In this document: one piece after another, positions 41,290 to 54,007 of the stretch
How the letters are laid out: the number at the start of each line of letters is the position of its first letter
Position numbering within the stretch: the stretch's first letter is position 1
DNA from: Basidiobolus meristosporus CBS 931.73
Lineage: Eukaryota > Fungi > Basidiobolomycota
Direction of reading: 5' to 3'
DNA: 64,000 nucleotides
NCBI GenBank assembly: GCA_002104905.1
Contig: MCFE01000394.1
Span: forward strand, 18,387 to 82,386
Translations under genes and position numbers: made by a program
Notes under the pieces: model-generated
The model's database searches: none
What the model was told of the DNA's origin: nothing
What the model saw: the letters and a program-made list of their open reading frames with translations, nothing else

Positions 41290-41606
41290 CAATGCAGAGC
41301 ATTGCACTTATCACACATGTTGCAGACCCTGGTAGCCAGATTTACAGTGCTAAGGGTGTTGAGTACCAAATGCTTGTCTTCAAGTGATTTGTACACTGGC
41401 ACCTTGTGCATAATATCAGACATAGAAATTAGACCAAAAAATGGATTTTACCAGCACTATGAGCAAAGCAAAGCAGTTACTTTGCATGTAATTATAAACT
41501 ATGTTTCATAGTCTATAGCTAGACTTTGGTTGGCCATGCTTCTCTGGCTTACTATAGCATGGATTGATGCCTGTGACTCATATAGCTCTATTCAACAGAA
41601 CAGGTT
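41290..41606. repeat. Highly diverged single arm of the foldback family
   Basis: gtgttgagtaccaaatgc...aaaaaatggatttt...caacagaacaggttt aligns with a right arm. Confidence 0.55.
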
Positions 41607-42199
41607 TGTTGTAAAGTTACACCTACTGAAGCAAGCTGGTTGTCAGAATGAAGCTAAAGTTAAGCTTCATTGTGAAAGTGTTACTCTTGTTAAATAATTG
41701 GGCTTCTCATTTGGGCCCTCCTACAGGTACCAAGTAGCAGTAATGGTGCTTCTTTACAGCTTCAACTCTGGGTGCACTAATAGTGTAGTGGGTGAAGAGT
41801 CAAATAGAAATCTATTTATGACTTTTGACACATGATGAACTAGTTATGTGCAACTTTTGTTTTGTCCAAAAGAATAGATATATCTTTCACACTACTGTGT
41901 TCTGAGCAATCAACTGCTAAGTATGTAATGATCAGACACAAGGCAGGAGGGTAGAGCTAGGCAAGGCAGGACCAGCAAAAGAATTAGGTGTGGATTGACA
42001 AGGCAAGGTGGATTCCAAGGCAAGGCTGTTTATTCAAGACCTGTGCTTATCAGACTGAGGAATACATAAGGGGGGATAGCACTATGTATACTTTCTAATA
42101 ATATGGATGCCAAGGGATATTGGCTAATACTGATGGGGCTCTGGGGTGAGGCACAGTGAGTTTGCCAAGATAGTAATATACTAAAGAATAGACTATAAC

Positions 42200-44370
42200 A
42201 TTAAATGAGGATATGCCAAGAATAAGCAGATCATGTGACTAGTTCATGTGAGCTGCAGTCACCATTTATGGTATTGAGCTACATAGATTCCAAAGGGAAG
42301 CTTTGATAGATATTCACTTGTAAAAAATATTGCCATGAATTGGACTGATGTGCACCTGCAGGCTGGTGTTGCAAGGCTTGATAAAAAATCCAACAAGGTG
42401 GGCTGGTGCAATCTTGATGCAGTTGCCAGTGGTCTATATTCTTCCTCTTGAATTTCATCCTCTGAGTCTTTAAGGTATTCACTTACATAATGTCTTATAT
42501 TGCCTTGATGAGTCCTATGTGCATTGCTCTTGGCAACCACTTAACCTTATTAATATGTTAAGCAGTACATTAGTCACTTGAGGCAAAGAGCTGTTCAACA
42601 TCTCCTTGGATGGCAAAGTAGAGGCACAAACACAAGTATCTGGACCATACTGTGCAAATTGCATGCTAAATTGTTTTCATTTAGCCTCCTCACCAAGTCC
42701 TCTCACTGTCAGCTCATTCTTGACTTCAAAACTTGTCTTATTAACTATTTTCTTATATACACCTGCAGGCAACTTGATGTAGAGCTCATGCCACAACTTT
42801 CAGCTCATATTCTTCCATCCCTGTCAACTCTCTGAGGTATTGGAGTTCTGCTAGATTAATGAGTAGTGCCCTAATATTAGTATGAAGGCTTACCATAGAG
42901 ACTTGGGCTATACTAAGATCATTTGTCATGATCTCAAGCAAATCCAACATTGACTTTTCTGGTCCAGACCACACTTGTAAGCTATGGAATGGATCCTATC
43001 TGGGTTGTACTAGCTATGAGTTGAAATTTGGAATAGGGACCATAGTGATAGATTACAATACTCATATAGAAGTATAATGCACAAGCCTGATTTTATGTGT
43101 GATATATATGACAACCAACATGATTATTGGAATTTGCATGTATTATGCATGATTCATCACAGATTGCATTGGCATGGATGTGATTCCATCAGCTGCAGAT
43201 TCCCTATTTGATTTTAGACTTGTGTGCAATTCATCAATAAAATCACCAAGTCATTATTTGAGGATAATTTTTGCAATATCATGATGGGATGCATGGCAAT
43301 TGATGGAGATTTAATCATAATACAATCAGAATGAGATAAATTAAGCAAATTGAGCCAAATCAATTCAACTTATTTGCACACATATACTTTTTAATATTGA
43401 TATAACTTACTCATCTTAGTAGTCTTTTCTTATCAATCCCATCCCTACTGCTGGATTTACTTTTGACATATTAGAGGAGATCCATACCAAGTACTGTGGG
43501 CCATTAAGCCCTATTTACTCCAGGGGATTGCTTATGAGCTTCTCTGCTATGACAAGAACTATTGTCTTAAAAGGTTTCATCCCACCATCCATGGCAATAA
43601 AAGCCAAAGAAGTTTTCACTCCCATCTGAAAGCAATGAAGAACCACCTTGCAGAGTGTTTGAATGACTTGGAACAAGCTTAGAACTCTAGGTTCAGAAGC
43701 TCCAGTAGGCTTCCGTATCTCTGTGTGTACAGCAACAGGTCTCATATCAAGAGTATTTTGGATACCTTCACAGCAAAAATCAAAGACCTTCTAGAGGGCA
43801 GAGGTACCATTATTCTATCATAAATAAGGCACACTGTATGAGGTTTGATCCACTGTATGACATTGTGGGTAAAATCATCTGGCTTGGTGGGCCATTTGCA
43901 GGTAGTAGGCACAACAAAACATTGTGGGATTACAATCATCCAGAGTTCAGTAATGAGAAGAAGTATATGGCACCCTTAGTTTATATTGGACAGGATTTTT
44001 GGAGATCAGGATATATTATGGCTAATAGGAAGCTAGGGAATGGTGACCTTAGTAGGAAGCAGAAGCTGTAAAATGAGATATTTAATCATTTTGAAGTGAA
44101 AATAGAACATGCACTTAGATTTATAAGAAGATTCAGTATATTGGCAGGGAAGTAGAGAATAAAGACACATACAGGAGAAAACAGCAGAATAGGTAATATA
44201 GTCAGCATACTTATTAATGCACAGTATATTCATACAAGGTGACATCCACTAAGAGAAATGTGTTTGGAGCATTATGATGAGTAAAAGAAGTAAGAAAAGT
44301 TATATTCTGGGAATTATAAGTAAGATTGTGTAAAGTTACCAGTAATGGCTTCTTAACACTGGCATCACTG
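42200..44370 (+). mobile_element. Second decayed PHIS element, inverted relative to the first
   Basis: Transposase fragment IIWLGGPFAGSRHNK...LSRKQKL (43838-44071 +); ORF2 homologues on minus (42259-42974); 44315-44365 matches the reverse complement of 11130-11180; termini not found. Confidence 0.75.
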
Positions 44371-45249
44371 TAGTTGAGGTATAAAAGTTATGATTGTCAC
44401 TGCAATTCTGCTCCCTCTTGTATTGGAAACCTGGAGAGAATGATGCTGATCTGCTTGTGCAGAGGCTTGTGGCAGTCATGCACAAGTCTTCTTGGTTCAT
44501 TCAAGCTCTGCTATAGTATGCTCAGAAGTTAGATATCAACTGAGGTTTATGGCCCAATACAAGGATCTTTGAGTAATATAAGCTTTTAGAGCAATAAGAT
44601 CATAAAGCCTTCCATCAAATACATAAAAGTCTACTAAGCATTTTAGGTAATCCATATATGAGCTTCTACATCAACATTTTCAAGATAAGCAATATATATA
44701 CTGATGACAACACTGCCCTGTGTCAAACCTTCCCATTAGAGGCATCTCAGGGTTTTTGCAGAGCACTTCCTTGTCAAAATTGTCCAGCATCTGATGCACA
44801 CTATGGCACTTCTACTAATATATTGCCAGTTCTGAATAGTCCCAATTAATTCATGGAATGCTGATGCATACTGACTGCAGGTGTTTTCCTGTTAGTATTA
44901 CTGAGTACAGGCATTTTATAATGATTAGGAGATTTGGCTTAGGCAGATTAAGTTAGCTTGAGAACCTAGGTTCAGTCAAGAGATCCCCAGAACCTTCCTG
45001 CAGTCCATCCACAATCTTTTTGGGCCAGGAGATTTAGGTAACACCATGGTGTATAATCATTCCTGTGCCAATCTGATCCCAAACATCATTAGCTCCCCCC
45101 CCAAAATTCTACAACAATCTCTGGAGTCTTTCTACTGTCTGCAAAGTCTACTACTGCTGTTTCTGGAGCTTTTCCCTCTGCTGAAAAGTTGCATGGATCA
45201 AGTTACCAAGTCTGGAAGGCTAAGAAGTATATGCTGCTACATGAAAGAG

Positions 45250-48200
45250 GTCTTTGAGATATTTTTATGGGAGAAGAATTCCCTCTTAAAAGTGTAAGAC
45301 AAGAAGTCTTAACATATTAGAAGAAAGTTTGAGGTGCCTTTAATTGCATTGCCTTAATGTTACAATAAATGCTAATTCCATATCTATAGAGCAAGAACAA
45401 TCAAATGCCTGGAAGGCACTAGAAGACACCTACCAGGTATGTTCAGCTGAACAGCAAATGCATTTTAGACAAAGATTCTTTAAAACAGAAATACTCCCTG
45501 GAGAAAAGGTAAATAATCTAAAAAACATATTTACCCTTTTAATTGATGACATGAAATCCACAGACATACATACTACTCAAGAAAATGTGATATTTACTCT
45601 CCTGAATAGCCTGATAGACTAGTTTGGTGCCTTGTATGAGCCCTACAGGTCAGAACTAATGATTTTACTTTATTTATGTATGCAGCAGGCTCCTGAATAA
45701 GTAATCAAGTAAATCAAGTGCCAGTAAGAAGGAAGACAAAAATGCTTTAATACGCAACAATAACCAACAAAGGAGGCACTCCAGACCCTTGGAAGGCAGC
45801 TGCCATCTCTTTGGCTGCCACTGCAGGAGGGAAGGATGCACATTAGACCATAGCATCAAAAACAGTTCCTAGGAAAAAAAGCCAAGAAAAGGCCAGCAGA
45901 ATACCATCATAATATCAGCTGAAATTCAAATTTCCCAAAGTGAAAAACTCTGAATATCATAGAAACTGGATTCACAGTAGACAAGCACACATCTTCTAAT
46001 GGGGAGACTAAACTAACCAGCATTTATACCAAATTTGGTCATCAGCTGCTTATTACCTCAACCAAAATTTGCAACTGAAAAAATGAGGCAAAAACACCAG
46101 CTGAATACCAGCAAAGAACCATTGGAATACTAGCTGAATATTAGCTGAAAATTTGATGAATTCCACCTCTGGGATTTCTCATAGGGAGTAATAATCAATG
46201 AAAAAGCCTGAATATGGAGATTCTTTGGCAGCATAAGTTAGACTACTCATATCTCCACTAAATATGCTCACAAACAAAAGCTTTTAGATGTGGTATATTA
46301 ACTCTGGAATATCCCAGCACTATGTATATCAAATGGATCTTTTACCAAAGGTCAAGATATTCTAATTGGAAAGGTTTTCATGGATGATAATAGAGCACTT
46401 GATGCAGCTGGGTAAGGAACTATCCAAGTAGGTATCTAAAGTAGTAAAGGAGGCCATACAGAGAAGTACTTTATGAACCAATAATAGCCAAAAACATACT
46501 ATCTGCAAGAAAGGTCACAACAGAAAGACTCAGTTTCAGTTTAATAAGAAACTAGAGCAAACAATCTCAGATCAGAGTGGACCTATGTAGCATTTATCCT
46601 TAGGTAGAATGAAGTATTTAATCACATGTATTGTTGATTATACATGATGCACAACAGTGTAGAGAGAAACTAATAAAAATTAGTAAAATATGTGCTGACA
46701 ACAGTGGAGAATATATCTCAAAACATTTCATCCATTTGTGCAAGACTCATACAATGAAGCAAGAGACAACTATACTATATGCTCCCCAGCAAAAGAAGTG
46801 TCAGAAGCTGCAAACTACTCCATTATGGATACAATATGATTAGTGATCCATGATCAAAAACCTTCCTGTAATTTTTGGGTAGGATCAGTTGCAGCAACTT
46901 TTTATCTCAGGGATAAGAGTTATAACCAAATGCTTTGTGTCTCTACTTCATTTGGTGCATGGCATTGATACTGATCAAGTGCATAGCATCTGAAAATATC
47001 TGGTTGCCCAGCATGTGCCCCATAACTGCCCCATTATCAGTTAAAATTTGAACCAAATATTGTCAAATGCATATATTGGGGTGACTGCCAATTGCTAAGA
47101 GCCTGGTATTGTAAGATAAGATTGTATTTGAAATCTATGAATCCCTAAAGTAGTACTTATAATTATAATATCTACTATAAGCCAGATAGAGAAAATCCAA
47201 TTCTATCAGCTCTATATGTGGATGATCTTGATATAGCCACTCACAACCAATAAACATTAGTAGAGACTAGGTACAGTACATCTGAGGAGTTTAAAATGTC
47301 CAATCTAGAAGAGCTCAGTTACTACATAGGGATAAAGTTCTCCCTTGACAGAAGTACCCAACTTATAACTCTAGGCCAGTCCAAGTATTTTCAAGATATA
47401 CTTGAGAAGTATCAAATGGAAGGGTTGCACACTACTAGCTATCCCAAAAGAGACAATCCTTAGCTAGGTCAAACCTCAATTAAATCAAGAAAGTATAGTG
47501 CCATCTGAAAGCTCTGCCTTTACTTATCAACCTATGGCTAATAGTCTGATGTGCACCATACTAGGAATGTGTACAGATATCTCACTTTCAGTGGGAGCTG
47601 TCAGTCAGCATATTAAGTACTATGGATCTGATCATAGTGCAGCAGTTATGAGGATTTTTAGATGTCTAAATGGAACTGCTGATATCTGCTTAAGGTACAC
47701 CTAAAATGAATCAGAATTGGATCCTGTGGGGTACTCTGATACTAATTGGGGAAAAGAGTTAGAAGACAGATGATCTATCACAGGATACAACTTTCTTGAC
47801 TGTGAAGGAGCTGTTTCTTGGAATTCAATAAAGAAACCAACTGAAGCACTTGCCATCACAGAGGCAGATTAGCTGGATGTCTGTATGGCCACAAAAGAAT
47901 CAATGTGACTAAGAAAGATTTTGAAAGACTTTGGCTTATGTCAAAAAGTACCAATAATATAATTTCAAAATGATGAAGGGTTAACATACTCAGGTGGAGA
48001 TCCAACTTTTTATGCTAGAACTAACCACATATGTATTCAACATCCTTAAATACATGAAACTATAGAGAATAGCTTAGGTTGCATAGCTTACCATCCCAGA
48101 TATGAAATGATTGTTGACATATTTACCAAACCAGTAGCTAATGACAAATTTGAATATCTTAGGTCACAGTTACAACCAGTTAGTATGAGCATTGAGTTGA

Positions 48201-48554
48201 GCAGGAATGTTGTAAAATTTGTAGTTACACCTAAATACTGACCTAACTTGGGTGTTTAGACCATGACATACAAATTTTAGAAAATTACTGTCCAAATTCC
48301 TCATTGGAATTTAACTGGAATATATTCAGTAAAATGTCAGGTACCCAGAGCACAAGATTTCTCATATTGTCCAAATAGCTGCAAACATTGCATATATGTT
48401 ATTGAGACATTCCTAAGCATATCCTACAAGCTCATTTTGCCAGGACCATGTAAAAGTGTAAATATTACTTTTACATTCAATAAACCACCAAGTGAAATCC
48501 ACATAATCTACTTTTTCTCCTAATCACTTCCAATATATTCTAACTCTCACAACA
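45250..48554 (+). mobile_element. Second Ty1/Copia element, eroded
   Basis: gag AWKALEDTY...TLLNSL; protease WYINSG; integrase ICADNSGEY...YAPQQ; RT YVDDL; RNase H GYSDTNWG and IVDIFTKP; candidate 3' LTR 48208-48554 (tgtt...aaca) after a purine tract; 5' LTR not found. Confidence 0.8.
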
Positions 48555-49633
48555 CCAACCAGAGTCTTCCCCTGAGCAATGTTGACAAGATTCTAAGGGA
48601 CCTGATTCACATGGCAGACCTAGCCCCCAAGGATTTGGAGGTGGCCAATGTGGTCAAGCCAGGAAAAGCTGCATAGTAATAAACCACTTGAGGCAGATCC
48701 CTAGAAGGGCATGATGAATGCATGCATTCCAAAGTTTTATTCACTTAAGAATCTCAAAAAATTTGTGACTTGTTCCTTTCAGGAGAAGCCAGTGATTTAT
48801 TGTGTTTAAGCAAAGTGCGTAATCAAATCCACAATCAAGCTAGCTTATTATAAACCGCACTCAAACCCATCAGAAGTGCAATTTCATCTAGATCCATGAC
48901 ACATTTGTCAACGCTTGTAATTGTAAGATGAATGCTTTCATCATCAATAGTTTGGACAAGGGAAAAGACTTCAACATCAATAAATTCCATTAAATCATCC
49001 TAGCAGTCATCTAAACATTACTTTAATTAAATTTATTGTAGCTTACACTATATAAGCACTATATACCCACCCACTCACCCTCATCATCCACCATATGACT
49101 GCCCAAAATACCGCTGATACATCTACCCGCACTTATCCGCACCTGCCCAGCACTTGAGCTGTCCGTATAGTGGCTTGGCCAGCCTTTAGCAAATTTACCG
49201 GAATTTGCATATACAGGATTGCATCACTGGCTGTTTGGGATTGAGGCCTTGCTCCTGGTTGGTAGACCTGGTTGGTAAATATAGTGTATACATCTTGAAC
49301 CTTTCTAGTGCGCTAATGACTTGATCAACCCGTAGTGTGCATGGAGGATCCGGATTGCTTTTATTATGTAAATGTATGTTGATGACTTGATCAACCATTA
49401 ATATGCATGTTTTTCTTCACATTATCCCCTCCGTTTACCAGTTTGGCCCGGTTGTATTGTTATGAGGGCATGATTAACCTTTATAGCAGGCACTAGGCCG
49501 CTTCCCTTTTCTTCTTTACATATATGGTTAGGTTCCTTTGGTGTGTGTCGAGAACTTGATCAATCCTTGATGCATCCACTGGCGCTCAACCTTTCTTTTC
49601 CTTTCCTTTCCTCCCCCCATCATGTACACGTTT

Positions 49634-50005
49634 GGCTTCTCTGGGCACAGTGATGACTTGGTCAACCGCCATTGTAAACATAGGAGGCAAGCGTTTCCCT
49701 TTTTCCCTTCTCCTCTTTTCTTTTTATTTGACTTCTTCGGGTGCAGTGGTGACTTGACCAACCACCATTGTACACGCAGGAGGCAAGCATTTTCCTTTAT
49801 CCCTTCTCCCTTTGCCCTTTTGCTTGGCTTCTTTGGGCGCAGTGGTGACTTGGTCAACCACCATTGTAAACACAGGAGGCAAGCGTTTCCCTTTTCCCTT
49901 CTCGTTTTTTCTTTCTGTTTGACTTCTTTGGGTGCAGTGGTGACTCGACCAACCACCATTGTACACACAGGAGGCAAGCGTTTCCCCCTTCTTCTTTTTC
50001 CCCTA
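49634..50005. repeat. Minisatellite of four ~96-bp units in an alternating (2 x ~192 bp) arrangement
   Basis: Unit starts at 49634, 49730, 49826, 49921; conserved ~55-bp core plus a pyrimidine tract. Confidence 0.9.
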
Positions 50006-52120
50006 CACCATGGTATTTACGAACACCAACCACCTTGATCCCAAGAACATCCCGCAACTGATTCCAATATAAAAGCATTTGTTTATTCCTTCTCCACAAA
50101 ATTGACTACATAATATGCACAAACAACTCACCGTATCTGCTATTAAAAGGCCGGGCTATTGGGGAGGCAGACGGTAGAGGGAAAGATACTGGGGACAAGG
50201 GCGTTATGGGCATTACGGAGGCTACGGAGATCATCGGGGATATGGAGGGAAATATTTTCCACTATGCGTCATAGTATCTTGTACACTCTGGTAAGTGTAA
50301 GTTTGCCTTTATGCTTGGCCACGACTTGCGCCTTTGAAGAGAAGCCGGTGGTTCCGTTGTATTGGAGTAATGGTTGTATTGCCGTCTATAGAACTCTATT
50401 TGCTTGAAAAATTGAAAATTGGCATTTGTTCCTTTCAAGAGAGGCGTTGTATTTGAGCAATGATTGTATTGCCGTCGTTTTTTATCTATTCTTCGGTCAA
50501 TAGAGGAGTTACCAGAGTGAAAGGTAGCTGGGTAACTCATTACCAGTGCCAGTGCCAGTACCATGACCATCACATTTGTTGCAGCGTTGCAAGACTTTGA
50601 TCACGTGGAATAGGAGTGCTATGGTGAGTGCGATTAGGGCTTCTATGGATAAATGAAGTGACGTTATTGCTCATCCTGTTCAGCTACGAATGCTAAACCG
50701 GATTGAATGCATGCATCGAGGTATAAGAATGGAGGATAGTATTAAGTTATTGCAAGAGCGGTTCAAAACACACAAGCAACCATATCGATCCATTTTCACA
50801 GGCACCCTACCAATGGTGAGAGGAAGATGGCTAGTATGTGGTGGACCGGATGAGAGGTTTTGCTGCTTGCCCAATTGCATTCCTTTACAAGAGCAATATT
50901 CGACATTTTCACATAAGAATCTCTCTGCTATGGATAGCTTAGTCGCTTATTGCTGCGGAATGTTAGTTGTGGTGTTTGCCTCCGAAATACACCACTTGAT
51001 TCGACTGAAACGCATCAATTCCATCAAGTTTCCTAGATGCGATATCAATTGATCTCCATCTTGGCCAAAACAGTGTCCGAAGACAAAAGCTGGATATCAA
51101 TTAATCCTGCATGTAAGCTAATGCCGAGCATTCAATATTCACAATTTACATCAACTCATCTGCTAATTGAACACAACGGTAGCAAGCCCCTCTCCAACGG
51201 ATCGGTGACTCAGTTCCCGTGCCCCAATCGACTCAAGCTATATAAATAAAGTTCAGCATCATCAGCACTTGCCTCATATTGTTGTTGATTGTTGGCATAT
51301 TATCAATACCAAACAATGGTTGAAACAATGGTTGAAATCCAGATCTAATCCAACTTACGAAGGGCCATTGTTCGAGCCGTCATCTGATCATATTGGACTA
51401 TAAAGGGAAAATGGCTTGATACTATTATGCAAACCATGGTGCAAGCCCAGGACCGTATCCATCGAGAAAGAGTCACGCTGGCACTTCGCGTGATGTGCGA
51501 GGTATTCTCAGTGACACATGGGCTGCAGGAGCTAACGATGGAGAGTGGTAAAGTTTAAAGGAAAGCCAGTTATGTGTAGGAATATAAGTGAGCCTCTGGA
51601 GCCTTCGCCTGCTTGTGTTTGAAGCTAAAACTAGCACATCCTAGGTTTAGAAGATGGTTATGGCAAGTGAATAAACATTATGTTGTAGAAGGAGCAATGT
51701 TGTGCTTTATAGAATTTGAGTGACTCGGAGTATATCACAAAGAGGAACTTTTGTTATATGGTGCGTGCCCAGAGAAGTATTGATAGAGAATAATCGAGCT
51801 AATTTGGGGTAATTAGCCTGTGAATTCCTGCTCTATAATGGGATGCAGGTTGTTCAGCGATTTTGACAACTATATGAGCCAGTCAACACTTGGCGCTAAA
51901 CAGTGCATTCTCTACTGTTGAAATCTTAAGCATCATCGGGTAGCTTAAAAGTCTATATATAATACGTATATATAGTGTGTAGTGTGTATAAATAGATGCA
52001 CCACGTGACCGGTGCAACTTACCACAATATAGCCATTAGATAGAGCCACAAGCCACAATTGATTCAAGCCGAATAAATACCATTCAACATATCAGTGCAT
52101 AGTTGGTACTGTTAACTGGT

Positions 52121-52156
52121 CTGTGTACTGTGCTGTGTACTGTGCTGTGTACTGTG
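52121..52156. repeat. Three copies of ctgtgtactgtg
   Basis: Perfect 12-bp tandem read directly. Confidence 0.9.
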
Positions 52157-52409
52157 AAACAATCGTCAATCTTACATACAAAGTCTGATCGTAGTGAAGC
52201 TTTACTATGACTGTTGGAAGTTGGTTTATAAAATTCAAGTTACGCAGAGCAGTAATCATATAAATTTTGCCAACTCACGGATAGACTATGCTTTCCCGTA
52301 CGCTACTGAGAACTCGGTATAGTCAATAGACAACCTACCCTACAATTCCGAAAATAGGAGAAAAGGGTGCCAACTGCCCTATGCTTGATATCCTACTCAA
52401 GCAAGCAAT

Positions 52410-52454
52410 TCGTAAACTTGCCACAACATAAGATACAGAGACAGCTATCGATAA
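52410..52454 (+). pseudogene. 3' remnant of a family B gene marking the left edge of the array
   Basis: agatacagagacagctatcga matches the end of 62094-62411 (RYRDSYR); downstream flank colinear with 62470-62570. Confidence 0.65.
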
Positions 52455-52687
52455 GAATAGGTTTAATAAACAAGATAATGTATCGTATAATCGACATCAC
52501 TCTAGTTTCCCTGTTGATGTAAGCTATCAAATGCACACAATTCTTCTGTGAACCAGTGTCTGGTCTTGAGTTTGTCAAATACCCTTGTTTTCATAATGGT
52601 AACGGCTATATTTCTGCTATCACGTATAAGGCGAAAATGAATAATGGAACTTTATTGGATTTGGGTTCAAGTGCAGTCGGTGGTATA

Positions 52688-53263
52688 TTAAGTGTCACCC
52701 ATGGGCTCAGTATACTGTGAGTCCTGATCAGCACAGTCATCACCACGTTGAACATCTTCCATGGGCTCAGAGTACTGTGTATCTTGGTCAGAGCATCCTT
52801 CGATGCATTGGGTGTCCACTACTGGTGTGGAGTATGTCTCATCTTGTGCAGGCTGAGCCATAACAATGGGGTAACCAGAGCCATTGTCTGAGTATTCAGC
52901 ACCCTTCTGTTTGGCATACTCGGATGCGCTGGCTGAACATTCTACTTCAAGGCTAGGGCCTGCTTGAAACTGAACATCGAGACTCTTATCACTGTTGGCG
53001 TTGGCAGTATTTAGATTGTCATGCTTTCTGGTCACGGTGGTGAGCACCTGACGTAACAATGGCACTTGGACGTTTGGCGTTTCAACAGTGGGCTGAACCT
53101 GGACTTGCTGGTAGCAGTTGCTTGCTTGGTCCGAGCATGAATACCTGCGATAACGGACTCTTCTATGCTCACGGTTGCATGATTCGGAGCATGGGACTGG
53201 AGCAGCAATGGTGGCTTGAAGAGAGGCAAGGCCCAAGATCAGTGATACAATGAATGCACGCAT
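52688..53263 (-). CDS. Family A secreted protein, copy A1 (191 aa)
   Basis: Signal-peptide-like N-terminus, Cys/Arg/Tyr N-terminal block, acidic 20-aa repeats, TATA-like element upstream, AATAAA downstream; three close paralogues. Confidence 0.85.
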   Translation of the reverse strand: MRAFIVSLILGLASLQATIAAPVPCSESCNREHRRVRYRRYSCSDQASNCYQQVQVQPTVETPNVQVPLLRQVLTTVTRKHDNLNTANANSDKSLDVQFQAGPSLEVECSASASEYAKQKGAEYSDNGSGYPIVMAQPAQDETYSTPVVDTQCIEGCSDQDTQYSEPMEDVQRGDDCADQDSQYTEPMGDT

Positions 53264-53564
53264 CTTTGAGAACTACTGAGTTCATTGCTAAGTACGCTCG
53301 GGAATGTATAGCGTGGGAACCATTATAACATGGTTACAACACTGATGGTAGCAATAGTTAGTTAACTTTGATCAGATCTCAAATTAGCATTCTCTCTACC
53401 ATCATCGACTCAATTGCATTGATATCGCGTACTTTATTTGGTTACAGTACGATAAATACACCAATACGTACACCAATACGTACACCAATATATACACATA
53501 TGCTTTTGATAATATTTCAGCTGTAGTATAGTAACTTACGAATCAATGCTAATGACGTTACATT

Positions 53565-54007
53565 TTAATATAAGGAGTTCAAATGAAATGATTGTTTATT
53601 GTGTCTATATCTACTAGAATATCTGGGCCAATCTCTTGTATTACTTCCGGTATCCTGATCAGCGCATCCTTCAACGCATTGGGTGTCTACTACTGGTGTA
53701 GTGTATGTCTCATCTTGTACAGGCTAAATCATAACAATGGGGTAATTAGAGTCATCTTCTGAGTGTCCAGCACCCTTCTGTTTGGCATACTCGGATGCGC
53801 TGGCTGAACATTCTACTTCGAGGCTAGGGCCTGCTTGAAACTGAACATCGAGACTCTTGTCACTGCTGGCGTTTGCAGTGTTTAGATTGTCATGCTTTTT
53901 GGTAACGGTGGTGAACATCTGACGCAACAATGGCACTTGGACGTTTGGCGTTTCAACAGTGGGCTGAACCTGGACTTGCTGGTAGCAGTTACTTGGTTGG
54001 TCCGAGC
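53565..54007 (-). pseudogene. A' pseudogene: family A body with a family C-like tail, 5' deleted
   Basis: Lacks first ~43 codons; CAG>TAG at 53724-53726; frame continues GCADQDTGSNTRDWPRYSSRYRHNK...*. Confidence 0.8.

Noticed and set aside
49634-50005. CRISPR-like repeat/spacer pattern
   Set aside because: The 'spacers' are related pyrimidine tracts, the conserved part is ~55 bp and variable, no cas genes are present, and the context is eukaryotic
49528-50099. Four overlapping ORFs across the minisatellite
   Set aside because: They result from a 96-bp period and purine/pyrimidine skew; the 95-bp third unit shifts the frame
50690-51052. 120-aa ORF as a host gene
   Set aside because: No recognisable domain, signal or paralogue; left uncalled
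53032-53253. ORFs MPLFKPPLLLQ... and MALGRLAFQQW... repeated four times, and 62879-63304
   Set aside because: Alternative-frame or antisense shadows of the family A genes, conserved only because A is
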